From positions 1-57,888 of the forward strand of contig ONEU01000048.1 in NCBI GenBank assembly GCA_900316925.1: DNA of 57,888 nucleotides. The letters are read 5' to 3'. The translations under genes and the position numbers were made by a program. Below are positions 1-8,332 of the stretch, piece after piece. The DNA is from an uncultured Eubacteriales bacterium (GTDB lineage: Bacteria; Bacillota; Clostridia; Oscillospirales; Acutalibacteraceae). Every line of letters begins with the position of its first letter. The stretch's first letter is position 1. The notes below the pieces were generated by a model. That model worked only from the letters and a program-made list of their open reading frames with translations. It had not been told where the DNA came from and did not search any database.

Positions 1-1
1 G

Positions 2-1920
2 ATTTCTGCAACCACCTTAACGCTGGGTAATAGTGCAACCGTTACCTGTTCTTCTACCGGCGGCACCGGTACCAAGCAGTATTATGTGGGCATCAAGAAG
101 TCCGATGCAAGCGCCTTTACTGACCTCCAGCCGTATTCCACTTCTACTTCATGTGTCGTGAAGCCTTCTGCAGCAGGTACTTATACGGTTCGCGTAACCG
201 TAAAGGACGGTTCCGGAAAACTCTCACGCAAGGAGTTCACCCTGACTGTCAATAAGCCGGTCGCAGAGCTCGCAAACACCTCAACCATCAGCGCAACAAG
301 CGTGCTTGTTGGCAATGGAGTAAAGATCACCGGCGCATCTACCGGCGGCACCGGTACCAAGTATTATGGCGTATGGTATAAGAAGAGCACAGCTTCCACC
401 TGGACGATGGCTCAGGATTATGAAACCAACAATGTGGTAACGGTTTATCCGAAGTATGTCGGAACATACAACATTCAGGTAAAGGTTAGGGATGGCAAGG
501 GTACCGAGAAGACAAAGAACTTCACCGTGACCACTACCAATAACCTGGCAAATACTTCCACCGTTTCTGCAACGACCATCAGCAAGGGCAATACCGTTAC
601 CGTTAAGGCTGCTTCCACCGGCGGTACCGGCACAAAGAAGTATGCTGTATGGTACAAGAAATCCACCCAGACCGAATGGACAAAGGCAAGAGATTTTGCC
701 ACCGGTACAACTATCAGCGTGAAGCCGAACTTTACCGGAACCTACACCATCAGCGTCAAGGTCAAGGACGGCAGCGGTACCGTTGTCAGAAAGACCTTCA
801 CCATTAAAGTCAATGCAGCACTGGCAAACACCTCCAAGGTTTCTGCATCTACGATCACAAAGGGGAACTCCGTAACAGTAACTGCTTCTTCCACCGGCGG
901 CGTCGGCACAAAGAAGTATGCCGTCTGGTATAAGAAGTCTACTGCTACCACCTGGAACCTTGCAAGAGGTTTCGCAACCGGAACAACTATTAAGGTAACA
1001 CCGAATTACATCGGAACCTACACCATCAGCGTTAAAGTCAAGGATGGAGCCGGCACCGTAGTCAGAAAGCTCTTAACCGTGAAGGTGAATGCGGCTCTGG
1101 CAAACACCTCCAAGATTTCCTCAACTTCTATCACAAAGGGCAGCTCCGTTACCCTGACCTGCGCTTCCACCGGCGGTATCGGTACAAAGACCTATGCCGT
1201 ATGGTACAAGCCCATCTCCTCAACCACCTGGACGCTTGCCAGAGATCATGCAACAGGCACCAGCGTCAAGGTAACTCCGAAGTCTGCAACAACCTATACC
1301 GTTCGTGTGAAGGCAAAGGACGGCAAGGGAACGATCAAGAACAAAGACTTTACCGTTAAAGTAACGGCAGCTCTTACCAATACCTCCAAGCTCTCCGCCA
1401 CAAGTATCAACCTGGGCAGCGCTGTAACAGTAACCTGTGCAGCTACCGGCGGTACCGGCACAAAGAGCTATGCTGTCTATTACAGACAGTCCTCCCAGAG
1501 CTCTTGGACAAAGGCAAGAGATTACGCAACAGGCACCAGCGTAAAGGTTACACCGAAGAGCGCTACCAATTACGTGATTCGTGTAAAGGCTAAGGATGCA
1601 GCCGGCAAGATCGTGAATAAGGATCTTACCGTAAAGGTTGTCAATTCCAACGCTCTGACCAACACCTCCACGATCGCCACTACTACTGTTTCTTCCGGAG
1701 CAAAGGTAAAGGTTACCTGCTCTGCTACAAAGGGTTCTGCTCCTTACTACTACAAAGCGGAGAGAATGAAGTCAGGCGGCTCCACCTGGACAACCGTCAG
1801 AGATTATGACACTGCTGCTGTTGTCTATGTACAGATCCCGTCCGCAGCTAAATACCAGATCAAGGTTACCGTTTCCGATATGGAAGGAAAGACCGCAGTG
1901 AAGTATTTCACCGTGACAGG
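2..1920 (+). repeat. Coding tandem repeat, period ~275-283 nt (about 7 units)
   Basis: The motif L(A/T)NTS...GGxGTKxYAVWYK...TYT(I/V)(S/R)VK(V/A)KDG recurs near nt 270, 545, 820, 1097, 1372 and 1655. The middle units are very similar at DNA level. Confidence 0.8.
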
Positions 1921-1927
1921 TACCTGA
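2..1927 (+). CDS. Secreted or cell-surface protein made of tandem ~92-94 aa Ig-like repeats (Y_Y_Y-like, GGTGTKxYAVWYKK...W motif). The 5' end lies outside the window.
   Basis: Frame 2 is open from nt 2. Bases 2-85 already encode the repeat (ISATTLTLGNSATVTCSSTGGTGTKQYY), so the GTG at 86 in the ORF track is internal. About 7 repeat units. TGA stop at 1925-1927. Confidence 0.75.
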   Translation: MSATTLTLGNSATVTCSSTGGTGTKQYYVGIKKSDASAFTDLQPYSTSTSCVVKPSAAGTYTVRVTVKDGSGKLSRKEFTLTVNKPVAELANTSTISATSVLVGNGVKITGASTGGTGTKYYGVWYKKSTASTWTMAQDYETNNVVTVYPKYVGTYNIQVKVRDGKGTEKTKNFTVTTTNNLANTSTVSATTISKGNTVTVKAASTGGTGTKKYAVWYKKSTQTEWTKARDFATGTTISVKPNFTGTYTISVKVKDGSGTVVRKTFTIKVNAALANTSKVSASTITKGNSVTVTASSTGGVGTKKYAVWYKKSTATTWNLARGFATGTTIKVTPNYIGTYTISVKVKDGAGTVVRKLLTVKVNAALANTSKISSTSITKGSSVTLTCASTGGIGTKTYAVWYKPISSTTWTLARDHATGTSVKVTPKSATTYTVRVKAKDGKGTIKNKDFTVKVTAALTNTSKLSATSINLGSAVTVTCAATGGTGTKSYAVYYRQSSQSSWTKARDYATGTSVKVTPKSATNYVIRVKAKDAAGKIVNKDLTVKVVNSNALTNTSTIATTTVSSGAKVKVTCSATKGSAPYYYKAERMKSGGSTWTTVRDYDTAAVVYVQIPSAAKYQIKVTVSDMEGKTAVKYFTVTGT

Positions 1928-1947
1928 TTCAACCGTGTGAACCATGA

Positions 1948-1980
1948 GCCCCTGCAGAATTTCTGCGGGGGTTCTGCTTT
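1948..1980 (+). terminator. Rho-independent terminator of the repeat-protein gene
   Basis: Hairpin CCCCTGCAGA-att-TCTGCGGGGG followed by T-rich TTCTGCTTT. Confidence 0.6.
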
Positions 1981-2012
1981 AAAAAAATGTTACGGAATTT
2001 CAGAAAAAAATT

Positions 2013-2041
2013 CAAATAATGCTTGCAAGGCGCGAAAAAGT
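2013..2041 (+). promoter_or_regulatory. Sigma-A type promoter of rplS
   Basis: -35 TTGCAA (2013-2018), 17-nt spacer, extended -10 TGtTATAAT (TATAAT at 2036-2041). Confidence 0.7.
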
Positions 2042-2048
2042 ATGTTAT

Positions 2049-2176
2049 AATATTTCAGTCTTTGGATACCGTCACTTGTGATGGGGTTCATAGCATGGCG
2101 AGAGCCGTACTTTGAAACGGGCAGTCCTCTGTTCCATTGTTGAACAAGAATGTCTGAAATAACAGGAGGAATAAAA
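2049..2176 (+). promoter_or_regulatory. ~130-nt 5' leader of rplS, a possible ribosomal-protein L19 autoregulatory leader
   Basis: Unusually long untranslated leader between a strong promoter and the rplS RBS (AGGAGGA). It contains local hairpins such as CCGTCA-cttg-TGATGG. L19 leaders are known in Firmicutes, but homology was not verified. Confidence 0.3.
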
Positions 2177-2527
2177 ATGGACGCACTGAAAACAATCGCA
2201 GCTGCATCACTGAAGGCAGAGGAAAAGCTCCCGAAGTTTGAGATCGGTGACACCGTAAGGGTCAGCGTAAACATTCGTGAGGGCGACAGAGAAAGAATCC
2301 AGATGTTCGAGGGTACAGTCATTGCCCGCAGAGGAAGCGGCGTAGCTGAGACCTTCACTGTTCGTCGTGTTTCTTACGGCGTAGGCGTGGAGAGAGTATT
2401 CCCCGTACATTCCCCGAATGTTGCTGACGTGAAGGTCGTCAGAAGAGGTCGTGTACGCAGAAGCAAGCTTTACTATTTGCGCAGCAGAGTGGGTAAGGCT
2501 GCCAAGGTCAAGGAACAGCTCAGATGA
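2177..2527 (+). CDS. rplS: 50S ribosomal protein L19
   Basis: The sequence MDALKTI...[35 protein letters not shown]...[18 protein letters not shown] is typical L19. The ATG at 2177 is preferred over 2150 because AGGAGGA lies 6 nt upstream. Confidence 0.95.
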   Translation: MDALKTIAAASLKAEEKLPKFEIGDTVRVSVNIREGDRERIQMFEGTVIARRGSGVAETFTVRRVSYGVGVERVFPVHSPNVADVKVVRRGRVRRSKLYYLRSRVGKAAKVKEQLR

Positions 2528-2539
2528 TTTTCGGCATCA

Positions 2540-2564
2540 AAGGGACAATAATGTCCCTTTTTTG
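2540..2564 (+). terminator. Rho-independent terminator after rplS
   Basis: Hairpin AGGGACA-ataa-TGTCCCT followed by TTTTTT. Confidence 0.75.
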
Positions 2565-2642
2565 CTATCTGCCGTTTGAAACACCCCTTTTTGGAGGCTC
2601 TATGGTGGAGCAGCCGGATAACACCACGAGGGAGGAATACGG

Positions 2643-3215
2643 ATGAAATGGAAAAAAGCAAGAAAGAAACCGCTTTATGTCCAAAACGAAGCCCAGGACA
2701 GCCTCGATCTGACGAAAAGCGCCTTTGAACTGTTTTTCGTCATCCTGATGCTTTTCTTTGTATTGGTGTTCATCTTTACGGTCTGTTTCCGGATCGTGAC
2801 CTTTGAGAAGAAGAATAACGGCAAGCTGAGAACGTATAGCTTTGTCAGTTCACACGGCGTAGAGACATTTCAGAAAGGCCAGATCGTATCGGTGGATTCC
2901 GGCGTGAAGGTAACGGCAGGAGAGATCGTGGCCCTGGAGGGTGAAACGATCCGGATCGGCCGTGACGGAGAGAATGCAGTCAACTGCGTGACGTACCAGG
3001 ACAAACGCTATTTTTCCAATGAAGAACTGGAGGAAGCACTTCCCGGCCTGACCGTGCCGAAGGGATATGTGCTGCTTGACGGAGACATCACCCGCTCGGA
3101 GGAGCTTCGGGTGGGGGAAATGGTGAGACAGGAGTATGTTATCGGAGAAGCACGTTTTCTCATCTATCCGTTTTCGCTGTTCGGAAAAGAACCTGATGCC
3201 ATCAGGAATGTATGA
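2643..3215 (+). CDS. Degenerate S26 signal-peptidase-I-like membrane protein, probably catalytically inactive
   Basis: It has an N-terminal TM segment and C-terminal similarity to the two downstream LepB copies (VPKGYVLLDGD...VIGEARFLIYPFSLFG versus IPEGYVFVMGDN...IIGKAFMRIFPFDTFG). The SM(N)xTL catalytic-Ser box is replaced by FEKKNNGKL, and GDNRxxSxDSR by GDITRSEELR. Strong RBS GGGAGGAA. Confidence 0.6.
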   Translation: MKWKKARKKPLYVQNEAQDSLDLTKSAFELFFVILMLFFVLVFIFTVCFRIVTFEKKNNGKLRTYSFVSSHGVETFQKGQIVSVDSGVKVTAGEIVALEGETIRIGRDGENAVNCVTYQDKRYFSNEELEEALPGLTVPKGYVLLDGDITRSEELRVGEMVRQEYVIGEARFLIYPFSLFGKEPDAIRNV

Positions 3216-3230
3216 TCGTGAGGTGGAAAT

Positions 3231-3815
3231 ATGGCAGACTCTCCCAAAACAAGGTATGTACAGACAGAAGAACCGGAAAAGAGTACAAATCCCGTTTTAC
3301 AGGTTGTTTATGACCTCCTGGGATCGGTGCTGATTTCCTTTGTAGCGCTGTTGGTCCTGATGATCTTTTTCTGCAGGCAGGTGACGGTAGAGGGCAGATC
3401 AATGAATCATACCCTGCAGGATAAAGACAGGCTGTTGGTGTCGTGCTTCAACTATACACCCCAGAACGGGGATATTGTGGTGGTGACCCACGGCAAGGAT
3501 CTGGATGAGGCTATCATCAAGCGCGTGGTGGCAACTGCCGGACAGCATCTGACCATCCATTACGATACCAATGAGGTGATCGTGGACGGTGTGCTGCTCA
3601 ACGAGCCCTATGCTGTCGGCAAGACGATTTCCCTTCCTAATTCCACGCAGATACCGGATGTCATCCCGGAAGGCTATGTTTTTGTCATGGGCGACAACCG
3701 GGAACACTCTCTCGACAGCCGCTCGGCAAAGGTCGATCTCATTCCGGTGGAAAACATTATCGGCAAGGCGTTCATGCGGATATTTCCGTTTGATACCTTC
3801 GGTTCGGTATCATAA
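3231..3815 (+). CDS. lepB: Signal peptidase I (S26), copy 1
   Basis: TM anchor plus motifs GRSMNHTL, GDIVVV, IIKRVVATAGQ and VMGDNREHSLDSR. RBS GAGGTGG. Confidence 0.92.
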   Translation: MADSPKTRYVQTEEPEKSTNPVLQVVYDLLGSVLISFVALLVLMIFFCRQVTVEGRSMNHTLQDKDRLLVSCFNYTPQNGDIVVVTHGKDLDEAIIKRVVATAGQHLTIHYDTNEVIVDGVLLNEPYAVGKTISLPNSTQIPDVIPEGYVFVMGDNREHSLDSRSAKVDLIPVENIIGKAFMRIFPFDTFGSVS

Positions 3816-3913
3816 GAATCAAGTAGCTCACGGTCAGGCGCAGGGTGGATTCGCCCCGTGTCCGGCCGTTTTCGTTTTATCAAAGCTGAAGAAAGAAAAA
3901 ATGAGGTGCAACT

Positions 3914-4498
3914 ATGAATCAAGAACAAACTCCCGTACAGACAACAGAACAGGAACCGGAAGAAAAGGACCGTATTTCGCTGAAAGAAATAATCTTTGAA
4001 TGGGCAACCTCCGTGTTTCTCTTTATGGTACTGGTACTGCTGATGATGACGTTCTTTTTCCGTCAGGTGACGGTCAAAGGTCCGTCCATGAACGATACCC
4101 TGAAGGATCAGGACCGACTGATCATCTCCTGCTTCCTGTATACACCGCAGCCAGGAGATGTGGTGGTTATCTCCCATGGTGAGAGCTACTCGGACCCGAT
4201 CATCAAGCGCGTGATCGCCACCGCAGGACAGTCTCTTTCCATTGATTACACCACAGGTGAAGTACGCGTTGACGGTGTGCTGATTGACGAACCGTATATC
4301 AAGGGGCGGACGGTTCTTCTGTCGAATCCGCTGGAGATCCCCGAAGTCATTCCGGAGGGCTATGTCTTTGTGATGGGCGACAACCGTGAAAATTCACTTG
4401 ACAGCCGCAGTACCAAGATCGGTCTGATACCGGTAGAGAACATTATGGGCAAGGCCGTGCTGAGGCTCTATCCCTTTGACAGCTTTGGCGGAATCTAA
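3914..4498 (+). CDS. lepB: Signal peptidase I (S26), copy 2
   Basis: Motifs GPSMNDTL, GDVVVI, IIKRVIATAGQ and VMGDNRENSLDSR. Roughly two-thirds identical to copy 1 by eye. Confidence 0.92.
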   Translation: MNQEQTPVQTTEQEPEEKDRISLKEIIFEWATSVFLFMVLVLLMMTFFFRQVTVKGPSMNDTLKDQDRLIISCFLYTPQPGDVVVISHGESYSDPIIKRVIATAGQSLSIDYTTGEVRVDGVLIDEPYIKGRTVLLSNPLEIPEVIPEGYVFVMGDNRENSLDSRSTKIGLIPVENIMGKAVLRLYPFDSFGGI

Positions 4499-4511
4499 TC
4501 GGAGGTAGAAC

Positions 4512-5399
4512 ATGGAAGAATTACGCTCCATCCAGTGGTTCCCTGGTCACATGACCAAAACTAAGCGCAAGATCGAAGCACAGCTCAAGCTGATCGACGC
4601 TGTTGCCATCCTGCTGGATGCACGAGTACCGTATTCAAGCTGCAACCCCGATCTGCGCAGTATCATCAATAATAAGCCCCGAATGGTGGTGCTCAATAAA
4701 TGCGACATGGCTGATCCCGAAGAGACGAAGTAGTGGATCAGGCTGTTCCGGGAGAAGGGTGTCAGCGCCATGGCATTGGATTGCAAGTCCGGCAGGGGGT
4801 TGAACACCTTTATCCCGACGATCAAAAATGTCCTGTCCGACAAGATCAGGGCATGGGAGAACAAGGGAATGACCGGCAGAACCATCAAGGTAATGATCGT
4901 CGGCATCCCGAATGTCGGCAAATCCTCCTTCATCAACCGGATGTCCAGACAGAATCGGGCGAAGGTGGAGGACAGACCGGGAGTGACCAGAGGAAACCAG
5001 TGGTTTACGATCGGCAAGGGCTTTGATCTGCTGGATACCCCCGGCGTCCTGTGGCCGAAATTTGATGATAAACAGGTAGGAGAAAAGCTGGCCTACATCG
5101 GTTCCGTGAAGGACGAGATATTGGATACCGAGCATCTGGCAGGCAGACTGCTCGAATACCTGCGGAATGATTACCCGGATTGTCTCTGTCAGCGGTACAA
5201 GCTGAAAGAGGAAGAAATTGCCGCTGCGGAGGGGTATGAGCTGCTGGAACTGATCGGCCGCAGGAGAGGAATGCTGATTTCCGGCGGTGAGATCAATACC
5301 GAGCGGGCAGCAGCGACTGTCCTGGATGAGTTCCGCGGAGGACTGTTAGGAAAGCTTACATTAGATAAAGCGGAGGATGGTGTCAATGTCAGAATATGA
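4512..5399 (+). pseudogene. rbgA: Ribosome biogenesis GTPase A (RbgA/YlqF), interrupted by one in-frame TAG
   Basis: ORFs 4512-4733 and 4770-5399 are in the same frame. The read-through text ...[29 protein letters not shown]... is continuous RbgA sequence. The G4 motif NKCD lies before the stop; G1 GIPNVGKSS and G3 DTPG lie after it. Confidence 0.85.
4731..4733 (+). other. In-frame TAG inside rbgA
   Basis: The sequence reads gag acg aag TAG tgg atc agg. The homologous position in B. subtilis RbgA (as I recall, ...VTQQWKEHF...) is Gln, so a single CAG to TAG change would explain it. Confidence 0.9.
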
Positions 5400-6012
5400 G
5401 ATGCTGCATTATGAAGAGTTGTTTGCTCAGCAGGGGTACAAGGCCATCTGCGGCGTGGACGAAGCAGGCAGAGGTCCGTTGGCAGGACCTGTCTGTACCG
5501 CAGCAGTCATTCTCCCTGCGGGCAAGTGTATCGAGGGTGTGAATGATTCCAAAAAGCTGAGTGAAAAGAAGCGTGAGAAGCTGTTTGATGTCATCTGTCA
5601 GGAGGCGTTGGCATACAGCATCGCATGGGCGAGTGTGGAAGAGATCGAGGAGATGAACATCCTCAACGCTACCATGCTGGCCATGAAGCGTGCGGTGGAG
5701 GGATTATCCGTCAAGGCGGATTTTGCCATGATCGACGGCAACAAAACGCCGGAGCTCAGCATTCCTTGTGAGTCGATTGTTGACGGGGACGCGCTGTCGG
5801 AATCCATCGCGGCCGCCTCGATCTTAGCAAAAGTCAGCCGTGACAGACTGATGAAAGAGCTTGCCCCGCAATACCCGGAGTACCATTTTGAGAAGCATAA
5901 GGGATACGGAACCCCCCAACACCGGGAACTGCTGCTGCAGTACGGTCCGTGTGAGATTCATCGTCTGTCCTTTCTGACAAAGATATTAGGGAAAAAAGCC
6001 GATGGCAGGTAA
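5386..6012 (+). CDS. rnhB: Ribonuclease HII
   Basis: [14 protein letters not shown] motif, DSKKLS, and GYGT...H near the C-terminus. The ATG at 5386 sits 9 nt after GGAGG and overlaps the rbgA 3' end. Confidence 0.92.
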   Translation: MSEYEMLHYEELFAQQGYKAICGVDEAGRGPLAGPVCTAAVILPAGKCIEGVNDSKKLSEKKREKLFDVICQEALAYSIAWASVEEIEEMNILNATMLAMKRAVEGLSVKADFAMIDGNKTPELSIPCESIVDGDALSESIAAASILAKVSRDRLMKELAPQYPEYHFEKHKGYGTPQHRELLLQYGPCEIHRLSFLTKILGKKADGR

Positions 6013-6400
6013 CTCACGGAGAACGCCCTGTCAGCAGACCGGTGACGCCGGAGAAACAGCGGCTCTGGGGTATCTTCTGCGGCAGGGATATGAAACCGTA
6101 GCGCGGAACTATCATTCCCGGTACGGTGAGATCGACCTGATCGTAAAAAATGACGAGTACCTTGTTTTCGTGGAGGTCAAGACCCGGAACGAGTATGCTG
6201 TAATGCGGCCGGCAGCCTTTGTGGACAAGCGTAAGCAGCAGCGGATCATCAAAACGGCAGCAGTTTATCTGGCGGAAAGTCCGCTGGATCTGCAGCCGAG
6301 ATTCGACGTGATCGAGGTCACCACGACCAGCCGGGGAACGTATGAAATAGACCACCTGGAAAACGCATTCTGGCAGGAGGGGGATTATGCAGCCTACTGA
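6002..6400 (+). CDS. yraN: YraN-family endonuclease (UPF0102)
   Basis: GE.AA..YL...GY.....Y....[21 protein letters not shown] signature. Overlaps the rnhB stop by 11 nt. Confidence 0.85.
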   Translation: MAGNSRRTPCQQTGDAGETAALGYLLRQGYETVARNYHSRYGEIDLIVKNDEYLVFVEVKTRNEYAVMRPAAFVDKRKQQRIIKTAAVYLAESPLDLQPRFDVIEVTTTSRGTYEIDHLENAFWQEGDYAAY

Positions 6401-6429
6401 CCGGTTTTCAGACAAGAGGAGGAATCAAG

Positions 6430-7272
6430 ATGGCTGTTATTATTGGCGTCAGACAAAAAGGATTGTTTCCAAAGAAAATTGAATGGCAGGATATCCTGAT
6501 TGACGGAATGGGCTATGGGGTATTCGGCGAAGGGCACCGCCTGGAGGAGCATCAGACAGGCAAGTTTACCATCGTGTATTTCAGAAAGAATATCCAGCGC
6601 GGCTTTGAGGTACTGCTGGAACAGGGAGCCGTTTATCTGAAATTTACCCTGCCGTCATCTGAAGAGGAGATCCGGGCGCTGTTTTCCTATACCCGCTTTC
6701 TCTGTGAATACCTGGAGACGGATCGTTTCATCTATAACGACCAGGAGTACGGTCTGGAACAGATCGACGAGCTGATTGCCGGATGCATCGAGGCTTCCGT
6801 ACAGACACTGTGGGATATCCGCCGCAAGATTGACGGAGGAGAGTGCCGCAGCCTGTTTATCTTCGGCGCAAAGAATCCGATTGCCTTGGGAAAAGAGGAA
6901 ATGCAGGAGGTCAACGGAAACCTGGAGCGCTTCGGTGCGCTGCTGCACCGTCTGCAATCGATGGACGTGTATTATGCGATACCGGCGCTGTATCGGCTGA
7001 AGGACGGCAGTTCTCTCGGCGTGTATATCATCAGCGCAGATACGCCTTCCGTATTTCCGCTGGTGCCGGGGGACGGAATGTTCCTCAAAGCCCCGCCTGA
7101 AACCTGGAAGGTCATGTTCAGCGTGAATGGTCAGCAGGCAGGTGTCCTGATGTTTGACGACCTGATCGCTCATGTGGACAGTAGCAGGCGCTATGATGAC
7201 AAGCGGGTGATCCTTACGCTGTCCGCCGATGAGATCCGCACTCTTTCCGAGGAGTACGGCACCAACCTCTGA
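6430..7272 (+). CDS. Hypothetical cytoplasmic protein, 280 aa
   Basis: Clean ORF with strong RBS GAGGAGGA. I recognise no motif with certainty. Confidence 0.6.
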   Translation: MAVIIGVRQKGLFPKKIEWQDILIDGMGYGVFGEGHRLEEHQTGKFTIVYFRKNIQRGFEVLLEQGAVYLKFTLPSSEEEIRALFSYTRFLCEYLETDRFIYNDQEYGLEQIDELIAGCIEASVQTLWDIRRKIDGGECRSLFIFGAKNPIALGKEEMQEVNGNLERFGALLHRLQSMDVYYAIPALYRLKDGSSLGVYIISADTPSVFPLVPGDGMFLKAPPETWKVMFSVNGQQAGVLMFDDLIAHVDSSRRYDDKRVILTLSADEIRTLSEEYGTNL

Positions 7273-7310
7273 GAACGGCAGAACACGTCGGAATCTGTCA
7301 GTTGTACATT

Positions 7311-7339
7311 TTGACAATCTGCCCATCATAAGATACACT
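7311..7339 (+). promoter_or_regulatory. Candidate sigma-A promoter of the dipeptidase/thrC unit
   Basis: -35 TTGACA, 17-nt spacer, -10 TACACT. Confidence 0.45.
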
Positions 7340-7365
7340 ACCGTGATGATGAAAGGAGGAAGCAC

Positions 7366-8292
7366 ATGAAGCTGTTTGATCTTCATTGTGATACCCTTTA
7401 CCGTGCCTATACCGAGAAAAGTACCCTGTTTAACGACAGCTTTCACATCTCATTTGCAAAGTCGGGGATGATCTCCCCCTATATCCAGTGTCTTGCTGTG
7501 TGGATCCCGGATGAATACAGGGGAGAGGATGCTGTCAGACTGTTTCAGGGCTGTCAGGAGAAGCTCCGTGAACAGCTTGACGGCACGGAGCTCGTTCACT
7601 GCCGGACCAGAAAGGAACTGGATGGTCTTGCGCAGGGCGGTACCGGAGTGGTACTGACGGTAGAAGGCGGAGCGGTGCTCAATGGCAGACTGGAAAATAT
7701 AGCGGTGCTGCGTGAAGCCGGTGTCAGAATGATGACTCTCACCTGGAACGGCCGGAATGAGCTGGGTGACGGAGTGGGAGTCGGGAACGCCGGCGGTCTG
7801 ACGGACTTTGGCAGGCAGGCTGTCAGAGAACTGGAACGGCAGGGAATTGTCGTAGATGTGTCACATGCCTCCGAGCATCTGTTCGACGATGTGGCGGAGA
7901 TTGCCGAAAAGTCCTTTGTGGCATCCCATTCCGATGCAAAAGCCGTGTGTCCCCACCGACGGAACCTTACTGACCGGCAGTTTGGGGTCATCAGGGACAG
8001 GGGAGGACTGGTCGGATTAAATTTTTGCGTAGATTTTCTGAATAAACAGGGGACAAATGCAAAAATGTATGATATAATAAGGAACGCAGAACATTTTCTG
8101 TCGTTGGGCGGCGAAAAGACGTTAGCCATCGGAGGAGATTTCGACGGCGCGGATATTCCTCCCGACATGACGGGGATCGAAACCATGCCCCGGCTCTACG
8201 AGATGTTCTTGCACCACAATTACAGCGAATCGCTGCTGGAGGATATCTTCTTCGGCAATGCGTTCCGTTTCTTCCAAAACGTCATGGACTGA
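7366..8292 (+). CDS. Membrane dipeptidase family protein (peptidase M19)
   Basis: N-terminal FDLHCDTLY, then VVDVSHASE and ASHSDAKAV..HRRNLTD, all typical of bacterial M19 dipeptidases. Confidence 0.8.
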   Translation: MKLFDLHCDTLYRAYTEKSTLFNDSFHISFAKSGMISPYIQCLAVWIPDEYRGEDAVRLFQGCQEKLREQLDGTELVHCRTRKELDGLAQGGTGVVLTVEGGAVLNGRLENIAVLREAGVRMMTLTWNGRNELGDGVGVGNAGGLTDFGRQAVRELERQGIVVDVSHASEHLFDDVAEIAEKSFVASHSDAKAVCPHRRNLTDRQFGVIRDRGGLVGLNFCVDFLNKQGTNAKMYDIIRNAEHFLSLGGEKTLAIGGDFDGADIPPDMTGIETMPRLYEMFLHHNYSESLLEDIFFGNAFRFFQNVMD

Positions 8293-8332
8293 ATCAAACA
8301 GTCCGGCAAATCAAAAGAAAGAAGGAAATCGT

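Noticed and set aside
2-1927. Regular ~280-nt periodicity as a possible CRISPR or satellite array
   Set aside because: The period is far too long, there are no unique spacers, and the repeats are in frame within one long ORF encoding Ig-like domains.
4731-4733. Genetic-code reassignment or pyrrolysine at the rbgA TAG
   Set aside because: TAG terminates uvrB (20672-20674), the SMI1/KNR4 gene (21751-21753) and cca (28520-28522) at the expected protein ends, so TAG is a normal stop here. No pyl genes are in the window. This cannot be excluded genome-wide.
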